IMG/VR virus record: IMGVR_UViG_3300031741_000001
Location: 17,828-81,827 of that record
Source: a virus
Direction: 5' to 3' (one strand)
Length of the DNA stretch: 64,000 nucleotides
Shown: piece after piece, positions 56,360 to 64,000 of the stretch
Position numbering within the stretch: position 1 is the stretch's first letter
Layout: each line of letters begins with the position of its first letter
The notes under the pieces: model-generated
The model's input: the letters and a program-made list of their open reading frames with translations, nothing else
The model's database searches: none
What the model was told of the DNA's origin: nothing
Translations under genes and position numbers: made by a program

Positions 56360-57322
56360 CTAAAGGCAGAACAATAATTTAAATAAATTCCAGAATCTTC
56401 TGAAAAGCCCAACCTTAGGTTGTTGAACCGGTTCTGACTCTAGAGGTTTAACTGATTCTTTCTCGTCAGAGATATCGTCAGGGTTACTTTGTTTATCTAA
56501 CTCACACGCTATCTCATCAGCAGCATCTAATATTCTAGCATTTTCTACTTTAAGGTCAACAATCTCAGCTGCCTGTTTAGCGTTAATTTCAGTAATAGTT
56601 TTAATATCGGATACTAAGTTATCTATTTCAATATTATTATTATCACATAATACTGGAGCTTCGTGACTGCGAGCGCATGCCAAATCGGCTTCTAGATCGC
56701 ATACTTCGTCTCTAAGACTATCTCTCTCATTTCTAAGAGATTGTAGTTCTTCAGAGTCGATCATTTCAGAACCAGTATCGTTATCCACGCCCTGATATAT
56801 GGTTTCTCCTAATGTAGATCTACGCTCGTCAGCTCTGGGAGTAAAGCTTGCCATAAGTGTAGGTTGAGATACTATGTCGTCAAACGATAAGGCGTTTCTT
56901 GGAGCGCATTCAGGCACTCTACTACGCCCATCACCCCTATCCTTACATCTTTCGAACTCATCGAAATCTAAAATGTTATTATCGTCTATATAAACTTTCT
57001 CGATCTTTTCGTTACTATTTTCACTACAGTAATCTCTTATTATAGTTTCGAATCCACCATGTTCAGTATGAGGTTTAACTTCCCACTTTGCCCAAATAGG
57101 TGTATTAGAAGTGATAGATATTTCATTCAACCCTGAATTTACTTTTCTTCCTAAAACTTCTACTAAAGCCACAAGCTTTGCACTATCTCTAGGCATTCTC
57201 TGAACTTCTTCTTGAGTCATTCCAAGTTTCTTTAAAGCCAATGAGCTTAGTTTGAATTGACCTTTTCTAGCTATAACGATTGTTCGGCTCTGCTGTTCTA
57301 ACGGTATTGTTGTATTATTCAT
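56360..57322 (-). CDS. early protein with an acidic coiled coil and an amphipathic C-terminal helix
   Basis: Heptad-like segments; ends GLFRRFWNLFKLLFCL. Confidence 0.7.
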   Translation of the reverse strand: MNNTTIPLEQQSRTIVIARKGQFKLSSLALKKLGMTQEEVQRMPRDSAKLVALVEVLGRKVNSGLNEISITSNTPIWAKWEVKPHTEHGGFETIIRDYCSENSNEKIEKVYIDDNNILDFDEFERCKDRGDGRSRVPECAPRNALSFDDIVSQPTLMASFTPRADERRSTLGETIYQGVDNDTGSEMIDSEELQSLRNERDSLRDEVCDLEADLACARSHEAPVLCDNNNIEIDNLVSDIKTITEINAKQAAEIVDLKVENARILDAADEIACELDKQSNPDDISDEKESVKPLESEPVQQPKVGLFRRFWNLFKLLFCL

Positions 57323-57364
57323 TTTACTATTCCTTTATTTTTTATTAAATGTTTTGTTTTCGAG

Positions 57365-57380
57365 ATAATAATATATTTCT
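57365..57380 (-). promoter_or_regulatory. early promoter AGAAATATATTATTAT
   Basis: Recurrent motif. Confidence 0.7.
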
Positions 57381-57405
57381 ATTTTTTGGATGAAAAAATT
57401 AAAAC

Positions 57406-57441
57406 CTGTATCTATAGAGCAATTAAGCTCTATAGATACAG
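57406..57441 (-). terminator. intrinsic terminator
   Basis: 15-bp perfect stem abutting the HNH stop codon, followed by a U-rich tract. Confidence 0.85.
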
Positions 57442-58425
57442 CTAAATAGTAATATGACTTCTAACTCTACCGACGTCTATATCTCTAATAATGCTCTTGG
57501 AGACTTTAAAAGTTTCAGCAATAGCGCTATACCGTACGCTATATCTATCTGTCATTTTTAAAATCGACTTAATCGTTCGAGTTTGTTGATCTGTAAGTTT
57601 GCTAGCTGGATGATTTTCTCCTAATAATGTTTTACCGTTTATTTTTGAAGATATAGAATTTTCTTTATATGTACTTCTTTTAAGATTGCTTAATTTAAAA
57701 TTTGCTTTATTGTCGTCTAAATGTTCCACTATCGGATAGTTGTTTTCATTGGAAGTTAAAAACGCGTCCGAGATTATATTATGATATCTTAATGTAAAAT
57801 TTTTAGAATTCACATAAAACGTACATATTGGATATTCCCGATTATCTTTTATTATCTTTAAGAATTTATAATTTCTATGACTCCATATTCCGATATCCTT
57901 AACTACACTATAGTTTTCTAGAAGATAATACTTTCTTTTAATAATCTTTTTATAATATTCGCATTCTTTATTCCAAAGTTTAGGAATATCCGAGAATCTC
58001 ACCACGGTATCTTTTGGAAAATCTTCAATATAGTTTTCAAAAACAATTCTCTTTAGTAAATCTCCTTCAGGAAAAATAATATTTCCTTCTATATTTATTC
58101 CGGAGTTAATTTTACCAATACGTCTATCCTTATTGTTATATAGCTTTCCGTCTCTGGTTATTTTATAATTAGGATAGTTAAATTGCTCTAATGTCTTAAA
58201 TTCCCTATCGTATTTAAAAAGATAATTTTCCTCAAATAAATCCCTAAAGATACTAATATGCGCAATGGCTTCAACTGGTCCGCCCTTTCTTTTTAAGTTA
58301 TAAAATCTATATCCTTTAGAATCCACTATAAGTTCTTCTCTCCATCCGTTTTCATGGAATAATTCTCCACTAGAACTTTCCATATAAAATTCTGGAAAGC
58401 CTAAATGATCTAATGTTTTTCTCAT
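57442..58425 (-). CDS. free-standing HNH homing endonuclease
   Basis: VEHLDDNKANFKLSNL...T.KEN HNH motif; GENHP.SKLT and a C-terminal HTH; repeated N-terminal Y.I...G.L modules. Confidence 0.85.
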   Translation of the reverse strand: MRKTLDHLGFPEFYMESSSGELFHENGWREELIVDSKGYRFYNLKRKGGPVEAIAHISIFRDLFEENYLFKYDREFKTLEQFNYPNYKITRDGKLYNNKDRRIGKINSGINIEGNIIFPEGDLLKRIVFENYIEDFPKDTVVRFSDIPKLWNKECEYYKKIIKRKYYLLENYSVVKDIGIWSHRNYKFLKIIKDNREYPICTFYVNSKNFTLRYHNIISDAFLTSNENNYPIVEHLDDNKANFKLSNLKRSTYKENSISSKINGKTLLGENHPASKLTDQQTRTIKSILKMTDRYSVRYSAIAETFKVSKSIIRDIDVGRVRSHITI

Positions 58426-58444
58426 TTTTTTCCTTCAAATAAAG

Positions 58445-58493
58445 ATTATTATACTGAGAGAACTAAGTTCTCTCAGTATAATAATATATTTCT
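58445..58493 (-). promoter_or_regulatory. 19-bp inverted repeat overlapping an early promoter
   Basis: ATTATTATACTGAGAGAAC-TAA-GTTCTCTCAGTATAATAAT; the right arm is part of the promoter motif at 58478-58493. Confidence 0.75.
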
Positions 58494-58520
58494 GAAAATC
58501 AATTCAAGTTTTTAAAAATA

Positions 58521-58928
58521 TTATTTCTTTGATCTTATAGCTTCAAGATGGCTCCTAGCTTCTCTGAAAACATCACCAGCAGCTGTTTTACTCACATTAG
58601 CTGCAAAATTAACCATCTTCATCGCTTCGCTGGCTGGTACTTTTTTAAGTAAGGCTTCAGCTAGCGCTTTACCTGATTTAAAAACTTCATGTATTTCCTC
58701 ACCCGGTTTTATCCCTAGCAATCTATGCATCAGACCTTCTTTAACTTTCGGGAAGTCTTCAACGTTACGCACCTCTATAGCATTCCCAACACACCCGCAC
58801 ATTTTGCAGATAGGTTCTGAAAGTCCGTGTTCTTTAATAATGTCTTGAAGTTTTCCGAGCATACCTATAGCCTCTTTATCCATAAAAGATAATTCACTAT
58901 TTTCTATACTTTCCTTTGGTTCCTGCAT
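58521..58928 (-). CDS. hypothetical, possibly head-associated, protein
   Basis: SIE site and IIKEHGLSE segment similar to the propeptide of 21873..22553; late-type promoter at 58970. Confidence 0.6.
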   Translation of the reverse strand: MQEPKESIENSELSFMDKEAIGMLGKLQDIIKEHGLSEPICKMCGCVGNAIEVRNVEDFPKVKEGLMHRLLGIKPGEEIHEVFKSGKALAEALLKKVPASEAMKMVNFAANVSKTAAGDVFREARSHLEAIRSKK

Positions 58929-58994
58929 TTGTCTTCTCCTTATGAAATTAAATATGATATGAAAGTTTATATAATATGGTAAAAATAAATAAAT

Positions 58995-59035
58995 ATTCTA
59001 CAGTATCCACCCACGTCAGGCAGATACTGTAGAAT
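58995..59035 (-). terminator. intrinsic terminator
   Basis: 13-bp stem followed by a U-rich tract on the minus strand. Confidence 0.75.
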
Positions 59036-59103
59036 GAAGATAACTATTGTTTGGAGAAACATGTTATTATCTGTAAATTATATGATCTACTTAAAGTAGT
59101 TCT

Positions 59104-59568
59104 TTATCTGATATGTCTAGCTATAAAACTCATTACATGCTTATACGGAATAGCTTTATTGATATTCTCTAGTTTAAGAATAAACGCTTTTCCTGATTTC
59201 TTACAATCAACAAGTTCAGCTAATACTGCATAAAAAGATCCATAGATATCTCTGTCTACTTTAGATAGAGATCTAGTTAAAACTAAAGCTCTTTTCTCAG
59301 ACATTAATCCATGTCTTTCTTTAGTGAAGAATTCCAACAAATGATCTAAAACCATTTCGCTTTCTGAATATAAAGCAAATCTTATAATCTTATTAAACTG
59401 CCTTACTCTTAAACGCATGTTCTCTTCATTATCTGAAGCTTCGCATAAAATTTTATATTCTAATAGCTGTTTATGAACTTCAGCCGTGTTCGGATCGACG
59501 ATAGTTTTTTCTGGTGAAACATCTATGGGTTTTTTATCAACGGGGAGTACTGGTTTTTTGGGAGCCAT
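59104..59568 (-). CDS. hypothetical, probably virion, protein
   Basis: 154 aa with a late-type promoter at 59598. Confidence 0.65.
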   Translation of the reverse strand: MAPKKPVLPVDKKPIDVSPEKTIVDPNTAEVHKQLLEYKILCEASDNEENMRLRVRQFNKIIRFALYSESEMVLDHLLEFFTKERHGLMSEKRALVLTRSLSKVDRDIYGSFYAVLAELVDCKKSGKAFILKLENINKAIPYKHVMSFIARHIR

Positions 59569-59663
59569 GTGAAATTTCCTTTTATAATTATTATGTATAT
59601 ATTATAGTGTTTATATTTATTTCTCCCTAGTTATATTATATTAGAACATAGTTATTTAAAACC

Positions 59664-61025
59664 TCAAATAAAATATTCTTCAAAGTCTATTGCATCATAA
59701 GTGAGAGCAACCCCATGCATAGCCTTCATTTCGAGCGTTAAGAATGTACTAGTCAGATTTACCATCTCCATATTAACTGCTTTTAGATCTAAAGCTGCGA
59801 AGTTTTCTCCGCAACATGTTTCACAAAATCCATCTACCGTAAGACAATACATTGGAGATCTAAGTATTATTTTTTTATTGATATACGAAGCATAATTCTT
59901 TTTAGTTATTTTAGCGAGTTCTCCGTTTTCTATCATATACCTTCCGAAGAACTTATCAGTTAAATCTTTCTCTAGAATAAATTCTAATCCTTTTTTAACT
60001 CCGCAGTTCTTCTCTCTTATTTCAGTATCTTGAAAAACTCTTAACATGAAGTTAGTCATAGCCCCACCTCTAGCCGTAGCGGTGGCTCTACCGAAAGATC
60101 CTTTTCTAATCTCATTAGAAATAGTTGGGAAGTCTTCTTTATCCCACCCTTGAGATAATGAATATTTTAAGAAATTGAATGACGTTAAATCTTTATCGAA
60201 AGATTCTATCCCGCCAATATTTAAATACATTTTCTTTCTAGCAATAGCATAAGCTTTTTTACCAGCAGCGTTATAAAACCCAGTAGATGGATCTCCTTCA
60301 AGGTATTCTTTATCCTTAGCTATTAAGGCATCCCCTATTTTAGCTGCTACTAGAGGGTTGGTTAAGTCCCCTTTATGTTTTTCAAAAAGTTCTTTTTTAA
60401 ATTCATTTACTCCAGGGAAAGTAGTTAAGCTCTTCTCAGTAAAAGATGGAACGTTTAATTCTGAAAAATGTAGAAGATAAAATCCTTGATTCATAAAAAG
60501 ATTATACTCATCCATAGATATACTTCTATCTAATAGTTTAGAAGCAACCTCACTCTCAACATCTCCTATATTAAAAGGCTTATTAAAGAACTCTATTTTG
60601 TCTTTAAAGGCATCTATTAAAACTACTTGGTTAAGTAATATTCTCCCTAAAGATACTTTTTCAGCTTTATCGTTTTTGAAATTTATTATTTCTCCAGGCT
60701 CTATAGTGACTTGATCGACCAGATTAAAAATAGGAGTATTCTGCTTAAAGTCCTTAATGTAAGTTACCTTACCATCTAGAGTATAAACTACAATATCCGA
60801 TATCTTAGGAGAATCGCTATTGATTATATAGAAAGCATTATCTGACTGTATTGTAAAAGTCCGTCCGGACTTGAGTGCCGTGTATGTTTCTATAGTCAAT
60901 TTAAAATCTAAGACTGGTAGGGTGGTCGTAGAGAATAAAGTTAAAAGGAAAGATTTATTTACAAACTTATCGGTTAAGGAAAAAATAATAGACTTTATGT
61001 TTTTAGGTAGTAGTTTCTGATCCAT
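59664..61025 (-). CDS. virion RNA polymerase beta-prime middle fragment (phiKZ gp80-like)
   Basis: Bridge helix-like RKGSFGRA..TA.GG, zinc site C...LRSPMYC...FC..C.G, trigger loop-like MKAMHG. Confidence 0.85.
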   Translation of the reverse strand: MDQKLLPKNIKSIIFSLTDKFVNKSFLLTLFSTTTLPVLDFKLTIETYTALKSGRTFTIQSDNAFYIINSDSPKISDIVVYTLDGKVTYIKDFKQNTPIFNLVDQVTIEPGEIINFKNDKAEKVSLGRILLNQVVLIDAFKDKIEFFNKPFNIGDVESEVASKLLDRSISMDEYNLFMNQGFYLLHFSELNVPSFTEKSLTTFPGVNEFKKELFEKHKGDLTNPLVAAKIGDALIAKDKEYLEGDPSTGFYNAAGKKAYAIARKKMYLNIGGIESFDKDLTSFNFLKYSLSQGWDKEDFPTISNEIRKGSFGRATATARGGAMTNFMLRVFQDTEIREKNCGVKKGLEFILEKDLTDKFFGRYMIENGELAKITKKNYASYINKKIILRSPMYCLTVDGFCETCCGENFAALDLKAVNMEMVNLTSTFLTLEMKAMHGVALTYDAIDFEEYFI

Positions 61026-62034
61026 AATTATCCCCTACAGGTATTAAAGTTATTAATCTTTTAATTTCAATATTTATAGAACTATCAAAAATCATTTTTT
61101 TAGAAATCATTTCAATAAAAGTCGATGTTGGTTTTTTAAAATCTATAGCCATGGCAAACAACTCGGAAACTATTAAAACTAATTCACTTTTAGTTGGTGT
61201 TGTATCTTTATAGAAGTCTAAATGGTGATTACTCCTTTTAAGATGTTTTTTAAAAATATCGGTTTGGTATAATTCTAAGATTCTATTCTTATCATACACT
61301 ATAGATAAGAAATTAAAATAGTCAGTAGCTAAAAGATCGTTGTCGTATCTAGTAAGTTCATCTGTTAAGAATTTAATATTGAGATCTTCTTCTTCTCTTA
61401 TTATTGATTTAACAGCAAAAACAACATTAGCTTTATGGGTGTTGAGATATGTAGTAAATTCGGTTATTGGTGTTATTAAACATTCTTCAATAGTCTCAGC
61501 ATTATCTAATTTGCTTTCAGTGAGGTTAATAAGTTCTTTAAGATAAGGTCTAAACTCATCAGTAGAAATAAAAAGATCTTTTCTATCTATAATAAACTCT
61601 AGATTATCATTAGATGGAAATCTACTATGAAGAAACTCTACTATTTCAATAGCCATATCGTCTGGATTGGCATTTTCTAAAATAGCTACTATATGGTATC
61701 TGACTTCTTCACTTGTTCTATTATAGAATGTGCAAAAGAGCCTCACATCAAAAAGTCTTCTTAAAACTAACAAGAGTGAAGTAGTGTGGAGATTTTCATA
61801 AATCATATCTAGATTCTCTTCAAATGAAATACCCATCTCTTCCAACTCAGCTGTAATCTGAGATGTTAGATTATTACAAATAAACTGAGGTGTAGCGATC
61901 GTTTTACATTCTCTAACTAGAAGCTTAAATTGCTCCCCAACATAATATTCTGCTATATTAGGGGATATAGCGATATAGGCTGATATCATCTCATCATACG
62001 AATCCGGTATCGAATCGACGTTTGTTATTGGCAT
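61003..62034 (-). CDS. hypothetical protein
   Basis: 343 aa, co-transcribed with the RNAP fragment; late-type promoter at 62071. Confidence 0.7.
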   Translation of the reverse strand: MPITNVDSIPDSYDEMISAYIAISPNIAEYYVGEQFKLLVRECKTIATPQFICNNLTSQITAELEEMGISFEENLDMIYENLHTTSLLLVLRRLFDVRLFCTFYNRTSEEVRYHIVAILENANPDDMAIEIVEFLHSRFPSNDNLEFIIDRKDLFISTDEFRPYLKELINLTESKLDNAETIEECLITPITEFTTYLNTHKANVVFAVKSIIREEEDLNIKFLTDELTRYDNDLLATDYFNFLSIVYDKNRILELYQTDIFKKHLKRSNHHLDFYKDTTPTKSELVLIVSELFAMAIDFKKPTSTFIEMISKKMIFDSSINIEIKRLITLIPVGDNYGSETTT

Positions 62035-62080
62035 GATTCTCCTTAAGAAAAAAAATAATTTTATTATATATATATAATGT

Positions 62081-62114
62081 TAGGAGAACTATCCAGTAGA
62101 GGATAGTTCTCCTA
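62081..62114 (-). terminator. terminator-like hairpin
   Basis: 14-bp perfect stem TAGGAGAACTATCC/GGATAGTTCTCCTA. Confidence 0.7.
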
Positions 62115-62231
62115 TTGTGTTATATAATTTCTGAAATTATTTTGCCTATAGCTCCATTGACATTTAACGCTATTGTATTTTTATCTTCATGATCTTGTCT
62201 GAACTGTCTTTCTGAACAAGGACCGTTAGGT

Positions 62232-63920
62232 CTACCATAAAAAGTCTTTCATCTCGGAAGATAATTCTCCATTTTTCGCGAATCCATTAAAAACTCTATT
62301 TAACTTTACAGTTAAAAATTCTGGATTCACTATAGTTACTTCAATTTTACTATTTAATCGTTCCAATTTTTCTTTAATAATTTCTAGAAAACTCTCCGAA
62401 TTGTTCATACTATTCGCTCCATTTATTATAGCTTTTCTCTGTTTACAAAATTCATCCCAACTTAACGAGGTGCTAATATTTTGAAGAAAATTTTGTGATT
62501 CGGAATTAATTTTATATTTAAGAATATCTTCATTAATTAGCATCCTTCGTTTACCCAAGTCAGTAGTAAATCTATTAACATATTCTCTCAACTCTTCTTT
62601 ATTATCAGCACTTTCCAGTCGTAACGCTTTCTGCGTTTTTTTAATTAACATTGGACTATTAACAATATCCCTAATTGGAATAACAATACCTAGGATGGCG
62701 GATATTGCTTCTCTAATGTCGCTCGTTGAATACTTTCTATACGGACTTTCTTTGGCTCTTTTGATTTCCTCTAAAAGTTCCTCTCTTTTTGAATTAAAAT
62801 TTATCCAATCAGGTTCTTTACAAATCTCCCAGCCTTTTTCAACCAACTCGGATGGAACATTCTCAATCTTGCCTAGGTCTACACCAACAAAACCGCGTTT
62901 ATTATTAACACTACTAATAAATTTTCTAATACGGTCCGAAAATAACTCGTCACCAAATTCAGTTCTATCACATTGTGAGAATTCTGTAACTATCTTAGTT
63001 AAAGATGCACTATAAAATATATCGTTAGAACATATTAGAATACCTGCCACATCAAAAATATATTGTTCTAAATCTTTAAAATCCACTTTTTGAAGCGGCA
63101 CCTTCTCTTTTTCCGTATCGGCGGTTCTATCCATAATTGTACTTTCTATTTTTTTAATCGTAATTTCTCTCCCCATATTAAAACTATCCCAACTGCTAAT
63201 ATTTATTAGCAATCTAATATCCTTTTCCCATTGTAATAAATTCTTTGGATTTTTCAATGGAAAGTATAGAGAATCTATCTGTTTCGTAATTAAGCATCTT
63301 CTATTTACAATAGATGTAAATTGACCCACGGTATGATGAAGATCTACTAACGCATTTCCGCGCGTTTTAGCATTTAAAACATTAGGTATTGTAGTAGACA
63401 TGCTGTTTCTAAATTCTTTATGATTTTCTATATCAAAAATAGAAATACATATACCGGTAAATGTTTTAATATCATTTTGAATCTCTAGTGACGTTAAAGT
63501 TTCTGGTACTTTAATTAGAGTTTTCAGTTCGTTATCTAAACCGTCTTTAATGGAACTCAAATCAAAACTAATTTTCGCTAATAAAGCATCTTTTTCTCTA
63601 TTAAAATCGTCCCATTCTACTATTTCAATAAGCTCTAATAATACTTTAGAGCTCTCCGGATTAGAGCCAACAGTATCAATATTGAAAGTTAATAAGAAGT
63701 CTTTTACAATATTCATCCTATTTTCCATAGATACGAATTTGTTCACCTCCTCTATTAAAAGATGCTCCTCATCCATACTGAAGGTTTTTAGGAGCTTTAC
63801 ATCTAAAAAGCGGGTAGCTGTTACGGCTAGATTAGGATAGAATTCTAAATATCTATTAGAGATGTTATAACCCGTAACTTCTAAAATAATATCATGTATT
63901 TCGTCATCTTCTATTTTCAT
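62232..63920 (-). CDS. early protein built from four tandem domains of about 120-135 aa
   Basis: Four copies each of I....G..I and W..F...[RK]...[IL] motifs. Confidence 0.75.
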   Translation of the reverse strand: MKIEDDEIHDIILEVTGYNISNRYLEFYPNLAVTATRFLDVKLLKTFSMDEEHLLIEEVNKFVSMENRMNIVKDFLLTFNIDTVGSNPESSKVLLELIEIVEWDDFNREKDALLAKISFDLSSIKDGLDNELKTLIKVPETLTSLEIQNDIKTFTGICISIFDIENHKEFRNSMSTTIPNVLNAKTRGNALVDLHHTVGQFTSIVNRRCLITKQIDSLYFPLKNPKNLLQWEKDIRLLINISSWDSFNMGREITIKKIESTIMDRTADTEKEKVPLQKVDFKDLEQYIFDVAGILICSNDIFYSASLTKIVTEFSQCDRTEFGDELFSDRIRKFISSVNNKRGFVGVDLGKIENVPSELVEKGWEICKEPDWINFNSKREELLEEIKRAKESPYRKYSTSDIREAISAILGIVIPIRDIVNSPMLIKKTQKALRLESADNKEELREYVNRFTTDLGKRRMLINEDILKYKINSESQNFLQNISTSLSWDEFCKQRKAIINGANSMNNSESFLEIIKEKLERLNSKIEVTIVNPEFLTVKLNRVFNGFAKNGELSSEMKDFLW

Positions 63921-63982
63921 AATAATTTGGATCTTTCTTTAAGATTGTTTATTTAGTATGCGAAAATATACTTTTCTAGAAA

Positions 63983-63995
63983 GTAATATATGTCT
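63983..63995 (-). promoter_or_regulatory. early promoter AGACATATATTAC
   Basis: Contains the exact phiKZ-type TATATTAC. Confidence 0.65.
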
Positions 63996-64000
63996 ATTAT

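Noticed and set aside
62120-62240. Possible frameshift extension of the 562-aa gene at a T-run (an open +1 frame continues about 38 codons)
   Set aside because: Could be chance or a homopolymer sequencing error; no stimulatory structure seen; needs reads or homologues
88-63840. Numerous short ORFs antisense to, or nested within, long genes (for example 88..372, 6112..6549, 15425..15880, 43205..43723, 47295..47744)
   Set aside because: Shadow frames of real genes, with no ribosome-binding sites or motifs and Ser/Ile/Leu/Phe-biased composition
1-64000. Stop-codon recoding (TAG or TGA reassigned)
   Set aside because: Core genes (TerL, ligase, sheath, portal, topoisomerase) are full length in the standard code, and all three stops end genes with tight packing
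1-64000. tRNA, rRNA, group I/II introns or inteins
   Set aside because: No cloverleaf/T-loop signatures or intron core motifs seen in the intergenic gaps; conserved genes appear uninterrupted and of expected size

Overview
A 64-kb, AT-rich, gene-dense segment of a phiKZ/AR9-related jumbo myophage genome (standard genetic code, mostly minus strand). It holds the morphogenesis core: terminase large subunit, gp175-type prohead protease, portal, tail sheath and tube, and baseplate-like proteins. It also encodes four fragments of the split multisubunit RNA polymerases, an SbcC-like ATPase, an NAD-dependent ligase, a two-subunit type IIA topoisomerase, a free-standing HNH nuclease and early accessory clusters. 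Two promoter classes and about ten long hairpins are visible. The most notable unexplained signals are: (1) two apparently homologous, structured intergenic RNAs about 31 kb apart, plus a third candidate; (2) a shared N-terminal M-N-[IL]-L signal, usually followed by S/A/G-x-E protease sites, on unrelated proteins, suggesting a capsid-loading system for enzyme and peptide cargo; (3) among that cargo, a repeat polyprotein punctuated by protease sites, an unannotated 39-aa acidic micropeptide coupled to an ADP-ribosyltransferase-like gene, a ClpP/ClpR-like pair and a SET-like/papain-amidase fusion. Family assignments come from motif recognition and recalled synteny only; no database searches or folding programs were run.
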